A stretch of DNA of 56,968 nucleotides from Prolixibacteraceae bacterium (GCA_016933815.1 JAFGAF010000517.1:1-56968); one strand, 5' to 3'; numbered from the stretch's first letter, positions 30,501 through 38,749 are shown. The notes: generated from the sequence alone by a model not told the origin. Program-made: numbers and translations.

Positions 30501-30936
30501 TGGGTATCAACCTAAATTCAACCTGTTTCGATATGAACAAAAAAATTGAAACAATTGCAATAACAATAATATTCAACACAATAAAGACACTAAGCAGTGC
30601 AATAGTTTTTCCGCTAATGTATTCAAAATTGGTCATTGGTCGTGTAAACAACACTTCCGATGTGTTCAGTTTTTTATCGCGTTTCAGAAAATCAGTAGCT
30701 AAAAACACAGCAATAACCGATTGAAAAATATTTAACAAAAACATTGCTGAATAAATTAGCGACGAAGGCATGCTCCTGAACATCCAGGTAAAAGGATTAT
30801 TATCGAAAAATGTTGCACCGCTGAACATGCTGACAACAAAAATCGAAAGAATGGAGAAAATACGGAAGAACCAACTTCTGAAAAGAATTTTCCTTTCGAA
30901 CTTTGCAATTGATTGAATATTGTATAAACTATTCAT
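27577..30936 (-). CDS. ABC-2 permease fused to a degenerate M1-aminopeptidase-like ectodomain and a C-terminal golvesin/xanthan-lyase-CBD-like domain
   Basis: N-terminal ~7 TMs with RDKKLNTSEVLFTRP...GK; M1-like WYP, YPYQQFTLVEAP, KGSYLL but no HEXXH; C-terminal IVDNKDEGF...GYYDIYVY...WNLLGSF...IVADAVKW. Confidence 0.75.
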   Translation of the reverse strand: MNSLYNIQSIAKFERKILFRSWFFRIFSILSIFVVSMFSGATFFDNNPFTWMFRSMPSSLIYSAMFLLNIFQSVIAVFLATDFLKRDKKLNTSEVLFTRPMTNFEYISGKTIALLSVFIVLNIIVIAIVSIFLFISKQVEFRLIPILLYFVLISIPSLIFIIGLSYALMTIIKNQPVTFILLLGYIALILFYLGEKANYVFDYMVFAMPMPYSDIVGFAAPETVVFQRLSYFLLGLGLIMFTTWQLNRLPNKPTSKWVIAIGSLVCTMVAITGLYSIVNQKNTTIKQRAEFFSTASANFDNLVPQMQKASIYIEYNEQMNARSTITLFNNHQTVIDTLLFSLNPDLVVSKVEANNEQLKFKQNGLMLKVFPSSVLQPEQEITITVHYSGIPNMNVAYLDNPDEEFFGIERAMTLRTDRHYGFYSKNYVLLNKEILWYPIPGMAYDPGRPAIFRQQFTNFDLTVKSKPGMLPVSQGIRTTTDSIEYRFEIRDPLPQLSLNIAQFEEKKIEIEGIQITLAHISGHNYFSKYVSELTDTLPSLLLEFIDDYERPLGLFYPYQQFTLVEAPAQFASLPHSWTSTLANVQPQVINFPEWGYNVTQADFASSERRIRRESERNKEGLSQKEIQARVFANFLRSTFTEQDASMSFNSSMQTKSNPFNLFPNYFYFVNYITSDVCPVLNYAFESYLMQGSDNPRAMFMARMTGIGETEQANLQLKERSLKQIISEETDRKIVNNVLKAKGSYLLTWMEKQVSGFDFNQYILDYLYNNSYVEIKYDDLVKTLNSDQGIQIENILTDWYTVNKLPAFGLGSVDVIETIDKSQAVFLVRTKVTNYNNVDGLVKFSFMLGEGRRGGGGGFMGGGFMMPEPEERIFLIEAKQTKEIQIALNEMPRSLTFNTMLSENIPSSSMTFGLRSEKIDKVVTYEYENVTESPVVMRSPDELIVDNKDEGFTINDPSMNNPLRQWVEQRKKKDNPSEFVGEGFGQAPSTWSLVANSDYFGEIEHSAMVVRSGNGSKTAVWKQNLPSPGYYDIYVYLNEQRRFGPPGRGRGNSEPEGAYVYNIQHDDGNEEITIEVKNFETGWNLLGSFYFSSDSSEVVLTDKGGANRIVADAVKWTLQR

Positions 30937-30946
30937 TTTATTGGTT

Positions 30947-31843
30947 TTACAGGCTATTTAGAACTGATTCGGTTTTGTGTTCCATGTAATATACATAGGC
31001 ATGTTCGAGGGTTGGATCGATTGCTGAGTGCTGGTATCCGTTAGCATGTTCGGCTACAACTTCGAGATCCCATCCTCCAATTGACGGAACAGTGGATATA
31101 ACATTAAAATTTACATTTATTTCGTCGAATTGCTCGTGAGTGGCATGTATGCGCCATACTTTACCTTTTGCTTCGTTTATGAGCGCTTCGGGTGAGCCAT
31201 CGAAAACAATACGACCACTACGGAGCAAAACTGCATGGTTACAGGTGCTTGAAATATCGCCAACTATGTGTGTACTTAAAATGATTATTACATCGCGGGT
31301 GCTTATTTTTGTTAGTAGATTTCTGAAACGGATACGCTCATCGGGGTCGAGGCCGGTTGTAGGTTCATCAACAATAATGATGCGGGGGTCGCCAATAAGC
31401 GCCTGCGCAATGCCTAAGCGTCGTTTCATCCCGCCCGATAAATTATTGGCATACCTTTCGCGTACTTCATAAAGACCAACTTCTTCGAGCATTTCGTCAA
31501 CATTATCGCGCCGTTTACGATTATCTTTCAAACCACCCAAACGAGCCGAATAGTCTAAAAATTCCCAGGTTTTTAATTTTGGGAAAGCACTGAAATCTTG
31601 TGGCAGATATCCGGTAAACGAACGAATTGCCTTGCGGTTTTTACTTAAAGGCATGCCATTTACAAAAACCTCGCCCGTACTTGCGTTCATTAAAGAAACT
31701 AATATACGCATCAAAGTTGATTTTCCGGCACCGTTTGAGCCCAAAAGACCAAACATTCCGTTTTCAATTTCAATATTTACCGAGTTAAGAGCTTTATGCC
31801 CGTTACTATAAATCTTTGTGAGGTTTTGAATTGATATGTTCAC
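30947..31843 (-). CDS. ABC transporter ATP-binding protein (ABC-2 partner type)
   Basis: GSNGAGKST, YLPQDF, LSGGMKRR, IVDEPTTGLD, STH; probable GTG start at 31843 (track extends to 31912). Confidence 0.93.
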   Translation of the reverse strand: MNISIQNLTKIYSNGHKALNSVNIEIENGMFGLLGSNGAGKSTLMRILVSLMNASTGEVFVNGMPLSKNRKAIRSFTGYLPQDFSAFPKLKTWEFLDYSARLGGLKDNRKRRDNVDEMLEEVGLYEVRERYANNLSGGMKRRLGIAQALIGDPRIIIVDEPTTGLDPDERIRFRNLLTKISTRDVIIILSTHIVGDISSTCNHAVLLRSGRIVFDGSPEALINEAKGKVWRIHATHEQFDEINVNFNVISTVPSIGGWDLEVVAEHANGYQHSAIDPTLEHAYVYYMEHKTESVLNSL

Positions 31844-31917
31844 CTTTATTCGTTTTATGTCAATACGCCATTTGATGACATAAGTCAATAAAGGTTTAAA
31901 GTTAAGTAACATTAAAT

Positions 31918-31951
31918 AAAAAAAACCTCCGGATCTGGAAAAATCCGGAGG
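31918..31951 (-). terminator. Intrinsic terminator upstream of the operon's first gene
   Basis: Minus strand CCUCCGGAU-UUUUCCAG-AUCCGGAGG followed by U8. Confidence 0.75.
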
Positions 31952-32030
31952 AATCTGGAAAATCTGAATTGGTTATGGAAATATTCTTTTATAATTTGAT
32001 AAGGGTTAATTATCACCCGTTGATCAATTA
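31918..32030 (-). ncRNA. Candidate ~110-nt structured sRNA or attenuated 5' leader
   Basis: 5' stem AAUUGAU..GGGU/ACCC..AUCAAAUU, repeated AUUUU(U)CCAGAU, ends at the terminator; no ORF found. Confidence 0.35.
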
Positions 32031-32092
32031 CACTACAAAAAAAAACATAATTCACAATAACTCGAAAAATATGTAGTGTACGGGCTATTTTA

Positions 32093-32142
32093 GGGGTGAA
32101 ACAGAAACTAGGAGGGGTGAAATCACATATAATGGGGTGAAA
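32093..32142. promoter_or_regulatory. Three GGGGTGAAA direct repeats (candidate LytTR operator)
   Basis: Perfect 9-mers at 32093, 32114, 32134 (periods 21 and 20 bp) between the LytTR gene and the divergent operon. Confidence 0.65.
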
Positions 32143-32240
32143 TTAGTCAATCAAAATCATTCTCAATCACCATGCATAATTACTTGTCTCTTCAATAATA
32201 TAATCTATCTTTACACGCGCCAATAAATAATAGAATATAA

Positions 32241-33077
32241 ATGTTACTGAAACAATCGGTACCCGAATATTTGACCAACCGTAAGAACATTTTTGTACAA
32301 GTGGCTTTTACGGCGCTTTTCGCATACATATTTATTAATATTTACCGCCCATTTGGTTACGACAGCTGGTATAAAGTTGAAAAATGGGAACTTATTTTTG
32401 CTTCGGCAGGAGTTGTTTTGGCCGGTATGATTGTAATTATACTTAGCAGAATTGTATTACTTCGCTTAAAAAAGGAGCACGAAATAACCTTTGCCTTGTA
32501 CATTTGGTTTATTGTAGCAGAAATTTTTTTCATGGGAGGTTTTTTTACATCGTTCGAAATTTTCATTCTGAACGACAAACGCAACCCGATGTTTTTAATG
32601 TTTAATGCAATTCAAAACACTTCGCTTATTTTATTGATACCCTACACAGTAACCATACTATACTTTGCCTGGAGCGATATCAAAAAGAAATTTGAAAGTA
32701 TGGTTCAGCAATTTCGTTCTCCATCGGATTTGTTTATTCCAATTAGAGACGACAAAGGACGGCTAAAGGCAACCATAAAGTGTTCCGATTTGCTATTTCT
32801 TGAATCAAACGACAACTATATTATCATTTATTACCTCGACAATGAAAAAGAAAAAAAAATGATGATACGAAATTCGCTTAAAAATATTGAGAAAACGCTG
32901 CGCGATTACCCGATTGAACGCATACACCGTAAATACTCGGTTAATGTAAAAAACGTAAAAATGATGATTAAATCCACCAAAGGATATGATTTGATTATTA
33001 AATCGCCTAAAACACACAGCATACCCGTTTCGAACAGTTACCAGAAACGCATCACTGAATTATTAAACATCAAATAA
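32241..33077 (+). CDS. Membrane-bound LytTR-family regulator (4 TM + LytTR)
   Basis: Four hydrophobic segments then LLFLESNDNYI...RNSLK...RIHRKYSVN...IPVS. Confidence 0.88.
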   Translation: MLLKQSVPEYLTNRKNIFVQVAFTALFAYIFINIYRPFGYDSWYKVEKWELIFASAGVVLAGMIVIILSRIVLLRLKKEHEITFALYIWFIVAEIFFMGGFFTSFEIFILNDKRNPMFLMFNAIQNTSLILLIPYTVTILYFAWSDIKKKFESMVQQFRSPSDLFIPIRDDKGRLKATIKCSDLLFLESNDNYIIIYYLDNEKEKKMMIRNSLKNIEKTLRDYPIERIHRKYSVNVKNVKMMIKSTKGYDLIIKSPKTHSIPVSNSYQKRITELLNIK

Positions 33078-33080
33078 AAA

Positions 33081-33755
33081 ATGCATCGCGAAATAAAAAT
33101 AACTTCCGACGGATCACCCACGTTATACCTCCCCGATATTGATGAACACTTTCATTCATTTAATGGAGCAGTGCAAGAAACCATGCACGTTTTTATTAAT
33201 GCAGGTTTAAATTCAATTACTAGAAATGAGCTGACAATTCTCGAAATTGGATTGGGAACCGGACTAAATGCTTTAGCAACATTATTCGAAGCTCAAAAAT
33301 CAAATAAAACAGTTCACTATTTTGGTATTGAAAAATACCCTTTGTTAGCAAGCGAGTACAAAAAAATTAGTTTCGCTCAACATTTTGGATTACAATCAGA
33401 TACAATTTTGCAGCAGATACACCACATGCCATGGGAAAAACAAATCGAGCTGGAAAAAAACTTTCATTTAACCAAAATAAAGGCCGATATAACGCAATTC
33501 AATTTTAACTCTTTACCCAAAATAGATTTGGTTTATTTCGACGCTTTTGCCCCCAACAAACAACCTGAATTATGGATGCCCGAAATTTTTGAACAAATTT
33601 TCGATATCTGTGATGAAAACGCAATATTGACAACATACAGTGCAAAAGGCGAAATACGACGAAGGCTTGTAAGCACAGGATTTGAAGTACAAAGGCTTCA
33701 AGGGCCTCCGGGGAAACGCGAAATGTTAAGAGCAACAAAACTAACCTCACCTTAG
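33081..33755 (+). CDS. mnmD: tRNA mnm5s2U34 methyltransferase (MnmC N-terminal domain only)
   Basis: EHFHSFNGAVQETMHVFI, ILEIGLGTGLN, YFDAFAP, GPPGKREM. Confidence 0.88.
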   Translation: MHREIKITSDGSPTLYLPDIDEHFHSFNGAVQETMHVFINAGLNSITRNELTILEIGLGTGLNALATLFEAQKSNKTVHYFGIEKYPLLASEYKKISFAQHFGLQSDTILQQIHHMPWEKQIELEKNFHLTKIKADITQFNFNSLPKIDLVYFDAFAPNKQPELWMPEIFEQIFDICDENAILTTYSAKGEIRRRLVSTGFEVQRLQGPPGKREMLRATKLTSP

Positions 33756-33874
33756 TAAAAGGCTAAAATATAAGCATGCATTTGTATTGAGGTTCTTCTT
33801 TTTTAACTATTTTCGCATGAATTTGTAATGCGGGATAATTTGTCCCGCTAAATTTTTTTAAAAAATACGATATT

Positions 33875-34477
33875 ATGTCTTTTGAAACACAAGTAGAGAA
33901 ATTCAGTTATGCAATTGGCTTAAGTTTAGCCAGTAACTTATTACAGTCGGGCATAAATAAAGTTGAGCTCGAAGCGCTTTTCGAAGCAATTTCGGATGTA
34001 ATGGCCGGCAAACAGCCACAAATTTCGCCTCAGGAAGCCAATCAGGTTATCGAAACGTATTTTAATGATCGACAAACCAACGAAGGGGCTAAAAACGCCA
34101 GCGAAGGAGAAACCTTTTTGGCAAAAAATAAACTCGAAGACGGAGTTGTAGAATTGGCAAGTGGGTTACAATATAAAATATTAACCGAAGGTACAGGTTC
34201 AAAACCCCAAGCGAACGACAAAGTAAAATGCCATTATCATGGGACATTAATTGATGGTACAGTGTTCGACAGCTCGGTACAACGTGGTACTCCGGCCGAA
34301 TTTCCGGTAAATGGGGTCATCAAGGGCTGGGTAGAAGCACTTCAATTGATGCCGGTTGGTTCTAAATGGCGTTTGTTTATCCCCTCGCACCTGGCTTACG
34401 GCGATCAAGGTGCCGGTGGAAGCATTGGACCAAAAGCAACCTTAATTTTTGATGTTGAATTAATTGATATAGTTTAA
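33875..34477 (+). CDS. fklB: FKBP-type peptidyl-prolyl isomerase
   Basis: FSYAIG, SGLQYK, HYHGTLIDGTVFDSS, VIKGWVEAL, LAYG. Confidence 0.93.
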   Translation: MSFETQVEKFSYAIGLSLASNLLQSGINKVELEALFEAISDVMAGKQPQISPQEANQVIETYFNDRQTNEGAKNASEGETFLAKNKLEDGVVELASGLQYKILTEGTGSKPQANDKVKCHYHGTLIDGTVFDSSVQRGTPAEFPVNGVIKGWVEALQLMPVGSKWRLFIPSHLAYGDQGAGGSIGPKATLIFDVELIDIV

Positions 34478-34490
34478 TAACTTATTTAAA

Positions 34491-35192
34491 ATGAAAAAAA
34501 TAAATTTATTTACCATTATCGTTGCGCTGATTGTTGTTCTTTCGGCCTGCAACCAAAAATCGTCATCGTTTAGTAATAATGCCGAGGTAAGTTCCGAAGC
34601 CGACAGTGTTGCCCTTTCGGTAGGTTATACTTTGGGCGGAAACCTCAAAAAACAGTTTGGTGATGTGAACCCCGAACTGATTGCACAAGGGATAATTGCT
34701 GCTTTTAACGATGAAAAGAATCCTTTGTTTGAGAAAGATCAGGAGGCTGATATGGCCATTAGGGCATACCTGCGTAAAGAAAGCGAACGTGCAGCTGAAG
34801 AAAATTTAAAAGCCGGTCAAAAATTCCTTGAGGAAAATGCTAAACGCGAAGGCGTTACCGTTACCGAAAGTGGCTTGCAATACGAAGTAATTAAAGAAGG
34901 CGAAGGTGAAAAACCAACAGCTGCAAGCACCGTTGAAGTACACTACCACGGAACAACTATCGACGGTAAGGTTTTCGACAGTTCGGTTGAGCGTGGCGAA
35001 ACCATCGAATTCCCATTGAATGGTGTAATAAAAGGATGGACTGAAGGCTTACAACTTATGAGCGTAGGATCGAAATACAAGCTCTTTATACCATCAGACT
35101 TAGCTTATGGTGAACGCGGTGGTGCAGGCGGCGGTATTCAACCTAATTCAGCCCTTATTTTCGAAGTGGAATTAATTAGCATTGTAGAATAA
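34491..35192 (+). CDS. FKBP-type peptidyl-prolyl isomerase, lipoprotein
   Basis: Lipobox LSAC; HYHGTTIDGKVFDSS, VIKGWTEGL. Confidence 0.93.
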   Translation: MKKINLFTIIVALIVVLSACNQKSSSFSNNAEVSSEADSVALSVGYTLGGNLKKQFGDVNPELIAQGIIAAFNDEKNPLFEKDQEADMAIRAYLRKESERAAEENLKAGQKFLEENAKREGVTVTESGLQYEVIKEGEGEKPTAASTVEVHYHGTTIDGKVFDSSVERGETIEFPLNGVIKGWTEGLQLMSVGSKYKLFIPSDLAYGERGGAGGGIQPNSALIFEVELISIVE

Positions 35193-35205
35193 GCTTTATT
35201 ATATT

Positions 35206-35592
35206 ATGAGTTTAGACATAAAAGGACGACTAATTCAAATTTTGCCCGTTCAAACCGGAACAAGTAAAGCCGGAAACGAATGGTCGAAACAAGAATTTGT
35301 AATCGAAACAAGCGAAGAACAGTTTCCTAAAAAAGTTTGCTTTACCCTTTTTGGCGATAAAGTATCGCTTTTAAACGGAATAAATAACGGCGATGAGGTA
35401 GAAGTTGCCTTTAACCTCGAATCGCGCGAATTTAGCGGCAAGTGGTATCATAACATCAATGCCTGGAGAATAAACAAAGTTGCTCAAGGCGGAGACCAAA
35501 ACAACGCACCTGGTTTTGGTCCGAACGATGTTCCTCCTCCACCCGCAATGGCTGCCGACGATGGCCCGTTTCCAAACGATTTACCATTTTAA
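35206..35592 (+). CDS. DUF3127 protein (SSB-like acidic DLPF tail)
   Basis: WSKQEFVIET, FPKKVCF, SREFSGKWY, C-terminal NDLPF. Confidence 0.88.
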   Translation: MSLDIKGRLIQILPVQTGTSKAGNEWSKQEFVIETSEEQFPKKVCFTLFGDKVSLLNGINNGDEVEVAFNLESREFSGKWYHNINAWRINKVAQGGDQNNAPGFGPNDVPPPPAMAADDGPFPNDLPF

Positions 35593-35603
35593 TCAATAAA
35601 TTT

Positions 35604-35635
35604 AAAAAGCCGTTGCATTTGTAACGGCTTTTTTT
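35604..35635 (+). terminator. Intrinsic terminator
   Basis: AAAAAGCCGTTGC-ATTT-GTAACGGCTTTTTTT. Confidence 0.85.
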
Positions 35636-35819
35636 ACAGCATTTTATCATCAGTATTTCGTTATTACGGAACTCCTCAAACTGTGCTAACTTGCTTTGCA
35701 CTTGACTAAAATCCGGCGTTAAAATATTTATCGTTCCAAACGGAACTACAATTTATGCTTAAAAATAATTCCGCCCCATAAATATGAGTTGATTCTTCTT
35801 TTAACAAAGAATTTTGCAC

Positions 35820-35862
35820 AAAAAAACGGTGTGAAGGATTTATTTTTCCTACACACCGTTTT
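35820..35862 (-). terminator. secG terminator
   Basis: AAAACGGTGTG...CACACCGTTTT inverted repeat with T run on the minus strand. Confidence 0.75.
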
Positions 35863-35908
35863 ATTTATTTCTTATCCTTTTAAAGTAAAGAAAAGTAAAT
35901 TTTCACTT

Positions 35909-36271
35909 TTATTCGGTAACTGGTTCTTCAGCTTGCTCGTCGCCAACAGTTTCGATTGCTTCAGGCGAAGTTGGAAACATGGCATCGGTTGATGGATCAA
36001 CAGCTGTTTGAACTTTTTCCATGATAAGCGAATCCTGACGAACCTGACCGCGTTCAACAAAAGCACTGGCCATAATACAAAGAAACAACAACGTTCCGGC
36101 CAAAGCCCAAGTAGCTTTTTCCAAAAAGTCGGCTGTACGGCGTACGCCCATAATTTGGTTATTTCCTGAGAAATTTGAGGCCAAACCTCCGCCTTTCGAT
36201 TTTTGAACCAAAACGATCAGTACCAATAAAAGGCACACAATAAATATTAAAACAATTGCAAGCGTGTACAT
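35909..36271 (-). CDS. secG: Preprotein translocase subunit SecG
   Basis: VLVQKSKGGGLASNF, FLEKATW. Confidence 0.95.
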   Translation of the reverse strand: MYTLAIVLIFIVCLLLVLIVLVQKSKGGGLASNFSGNNQIMGVRRTADFLEKATWALAGTLLFLCIMASAFVERGQVRQDSLIMEKVQTAVDPSTDAMFPTSPEAIETVGDEQAEEPVTE

Positions 36272-36276
36272 CTTAA

Positions 36277-36951
36277 TTATTCTTTAGATTTTAATTTTTT
36301 GATTTCTTCAATTTGATGCGCAAAGTAAGTATTTTTTTTCGGGAATTTCAAACTTAATTTCTCATAAGCTTTAATTGCTTCCAAATACAAACCTTGTTTA
36401 ACGTAAATACCTGCCAACGTTTCAGTTATAAGCCCATCGTCAACAACATTTTTATCGGCTTTTGGTAAATGTTGTTGGTCGGCTTTCGATTTTTTTCGAT
36501 GATCAATCGTCGGATTTTGATTGATAAATTTATCGATTAAATCGACATCCGAATTTTCGTTTGAACCGGGCTCGCCGGGCAATGCACTATCAAACTGATA
36601 GGTATGCTGATCGACAAAGTGTTCGCCTGTAGTTGTTTTTGCCAATTTATTGTCGGAAAAAAACTGGCTAAATGCTTCTTTGTCGTATGGCAATAGTTGA
36701 AACTCCAGCTTTTCATTATTGAGTTCGGTAAGCAGTTTGAAAAGTTTCACCCTGTCGGGAATAAAAATGGCATGTTTTTGCAATTCGGCTTCGAAACGGT
36801 AACTTCCAATATTTACCAAATTACGCAAATACAACATCCGAGCAACCGAAAAATAAGGGTAATCATCGATTATTTCTTTCAATCCTTGCAAGGTTTCGTT
36901 ATTGAGCTCACCCGGATGTTTCAAATAATATTTAAACTCTTCTTTTGTCAA
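36277..36951 (-). CDS. Conserved hypothetical protein with C-terminal TPR-like motif
   Basis: YPYF; ITETLAGIYVKQG...LSLKFPKKNTYFA; usual position between lptE and secG; TTG start. Confidence 0.8.
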   Translation of the reverse strand: MTKEEFKYYLKHPGELNNETLQGLKEIIDDYPYFSVARMLYLRNLVNIGSYRFEAELQKHAIFIPDRVKLFKLLTELNNEKLEFQLLPYDKEAFSQFFSDNKLAKTTTGEHFVDQHTYQFDSALPGEPGSNENSDVDLIDKFINQNPTIDHRKKSKADQQHLPKADKNVVDDGLITETLAGIYVKQGLYLEAIKAYEKLSLKFPKKNTYFAHQIEEIKKLKSKE

Positions 36952-36954
36952 AAC

Positions 36955-37470
36955 CTACCAATTTGCAACCGATTTATTAAAAATATCGTCAACTATTTGA
37001 GTAATAATTTCCTCAACCAAACGATCTTCTACATCACTGATAATTTGATCGCTGCCAAAATCGGCATAAGCCGAAAACTCGTTATCAAAATCGTTGTCGG
37101 GATCAATATTGTTTGTAAAAACTACTTTTATTTTAATAGTAAGCCTGTTTTGAGCCGCAACCGCATCGCCTGTAACCGATATAGGTTTAATATCGTAAAC
37201 TGTTATTGCACCTTCGAATTCAAGGTCGCCTCCATCATTCATGAATTCGAGGTTTGTTTGTCGGGTAAACTTCTCGCGCAAAGCATCTGAAAAGTAATCG
37301 CTCAGTGTTGGGTTGATCAATGTTGCCCGGTTTGGAAAGTCGTAAACAGTATAGGTTTTTACCATTGGCGAAATTGAGGCACCGGTAAACGAGTACTTTA
37401 TTTTACAAGCACTTGTAGTCAATAAAAGTGCGATACTAACTACCATCAAATTTCTGATCAATTTCGACAT
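36955..37470 (-). CDS. lptE: LptE-family lipoprotein
   Basis: Lipobox TSAC, YSFTGASI, NRLTI, DDIFNKSVANW. Confidence 0.85.
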   Translation of the reverse strand: MSKLIRNLMVVSIALLLTTSACKIKYSFTGASISPMVKTYTVYDFPNRATLINPTLSDYFSDALREKFTRQTNLEFMNDGGDLEFEGAITVYDIKPISVTGDAVAAQNRLTIKIKVVFTNNIDPDNDFDNEFSAYADFGSDQIISDVEDRLVEEIITQIVDDIFNKSVANW

Positions 37471-37489
37471 GAGTTTTTTTGCTTTTGAT

Positions 37490-38749
37490 TTAGTTGATGT
37501 CGTATTCTTTTATTTTACGATACAAGGTACGCTCCGAAATTCCCAGTTCCTGAGCTGCCCCCTTGCGCTTACCATTGTGCTTTTGCAAGGCAAGTTGTAT
37601 CATTTCTTTTTCCTTTTTTTCGAGCGACAACGATTCTTCCACAAACTCCTCGGTATCCTCAATATTTTGAGTTTTATCGATAACCGGGGCTACGTTTGGG
37701 TTTACGTTGAAAGGCTTCACATTGGGATTAAACTCATCGGGGGCAATATCTATTTCATCATCGCCATATAATTTATTGATAATACGTGCATTATCGGAAT
37801 GAAAGCGGTGAGTATCAACATCGTTGTTCATTAGGTCGAAGACCAGTTTTTTCAAATCGGTCATGTCTTTTTTCATATCGAAAAGCACTTTATACAGAAT
37901 TTCGCGTTCCGACGAAAAAGCATTCTCATCTGATTTTTGATACAAGGCAGGCAACTGATGCTCATGAAAGTGAGGCAAATATCCTCTCATGATTGAACCA
38001 GTAATGTTCCTTTCTTTCTCAATAATTGAAATCTGCTCAGTGATATTCTTTAGCTGTCGCACGTTACCCGGCCAAGGAAACGATGTAATTACATGCCTTG
38101 CTTCGTCGTCGAGGCGCAAAGCCGGCATGCGGTAACGTTCGGCAAAATCGTGGGCAAATTTTCTGAACAATAGAACAATATCATCTTTTCGTTCGCGCAA
38201 AGGCGGCACAGCTACCGGAACAGTGTTTAGCCTGTAGTACAAATCTTCCCTAAACTTGTTATTGGCAATAGCTTTAATGATATCGACATTTGTAGCCGCA
38301 ACAACACGTACATTGGTTTTGAGCACATCCGACGATCCGACTTTGATAAATTCGCCGGCTTCGAGCACCCTAAGCAATCGCACTTGCGTTGAAAGTGGCA
38401 GCTCCCCTACTTCGTCGAGAAAAATGGTTCCACCATCGGCTACTTCAAAATAGCCTTTACGGTCGCTCAGCGCACCGGTAAATGAGCCTTTTACGTGGCC
38501 AAACAGTTCAGAATCGATAGTTCCTTCGGGAATTGCGCCACAGTTCACAGCTATGTATTTACCATGTTTACGAGCCGAAAACTGATGTATAATTTGCGGG
38601 AATATTTCTTTACCCACTCCACTTTCGCCGGTAATCAGCACCGACAAATCGGTAGGAGCAACCTGTACGGCAACTTCAATGGCACGGTTTAATCCCGGGG
38701 CATTGCCAATTATTCCAAACCTTTGTTTTATATCTTGTAAATCAATCAT
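37490..38749 (-). CDS. Sigma-54-interacting AAA+ regulator without receiver domain
   Basis: GESGVGKE, ELFGHVKGSFTGA, FLDEVGEL, FREDLYYRL, WPGNVRQL, Fis-type HTH. Confidence 0.93.
   Translation of the reverse strand: MIDLQDIKQRFGIIGNAPGLNRAIEVAVQVAPTDLSVLITGESGVGKEIFPQIIHQFSARKHGKYIAVNCGAIPEGTIDSELFGHVKGSFTGALSDRKGYFEVADGGTIFLDEVGELPLSTQVRLLRVLEAGEFIKVGSSDVLKTNVRVVAATNVDIIKAIANNKFREDLYYRLNTVPVAVPPLRERKDDIVLLFRKFAHDFAERYRMPALRLDDEARHVITSFPWPGNVRQLKNITEQISIIEKERNITGSIMRGYLPHFHEHQLPALYQKSDENAFSSEREILYKVLFDMKKDMTDLKKLVFDLMNNDVDTHRFHSDNARIINKLYGDDEIDIAPDEFNPNVKPFNVNPNVAPVIDKTQNIEDTEEFVEESLSLEKKEKEMIQLALQKHNGKRKGAAQELGISERTLYRKIKEYDIN

Noticed and set aside
32029-32080. 9-bp inverted repeat TACACTACA/TGTAGTGTA flanking the putative promoter, read as an invertible promoter
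   Set aside because: The repeat is short, encloses only 34 bp, and no site-specific recombinase is nearby; more likely chance or a protein-binding site.
33875-35192. Tandem FKBP paralogs as a recent duplication
   Set aside because: They are clearly diverged, and tandem FKBP pairs are a common Bacteroidota arrangement.
35636-35819. ~180-nt gap between two convergent terminators, and the overlapping short ORFs (35456-35701, 35789-35992)
   Set aside because: The ORFs run through terminators or real genes, and no recognisable motif or RNA structure was found.
37490-38749. GSFTGA instead of GAFTGA and no receiver in the sigma-54 activator
   Set aside because: A common variant within the conserved activator-lptE-hypothetical-secG cluster; not unusual.
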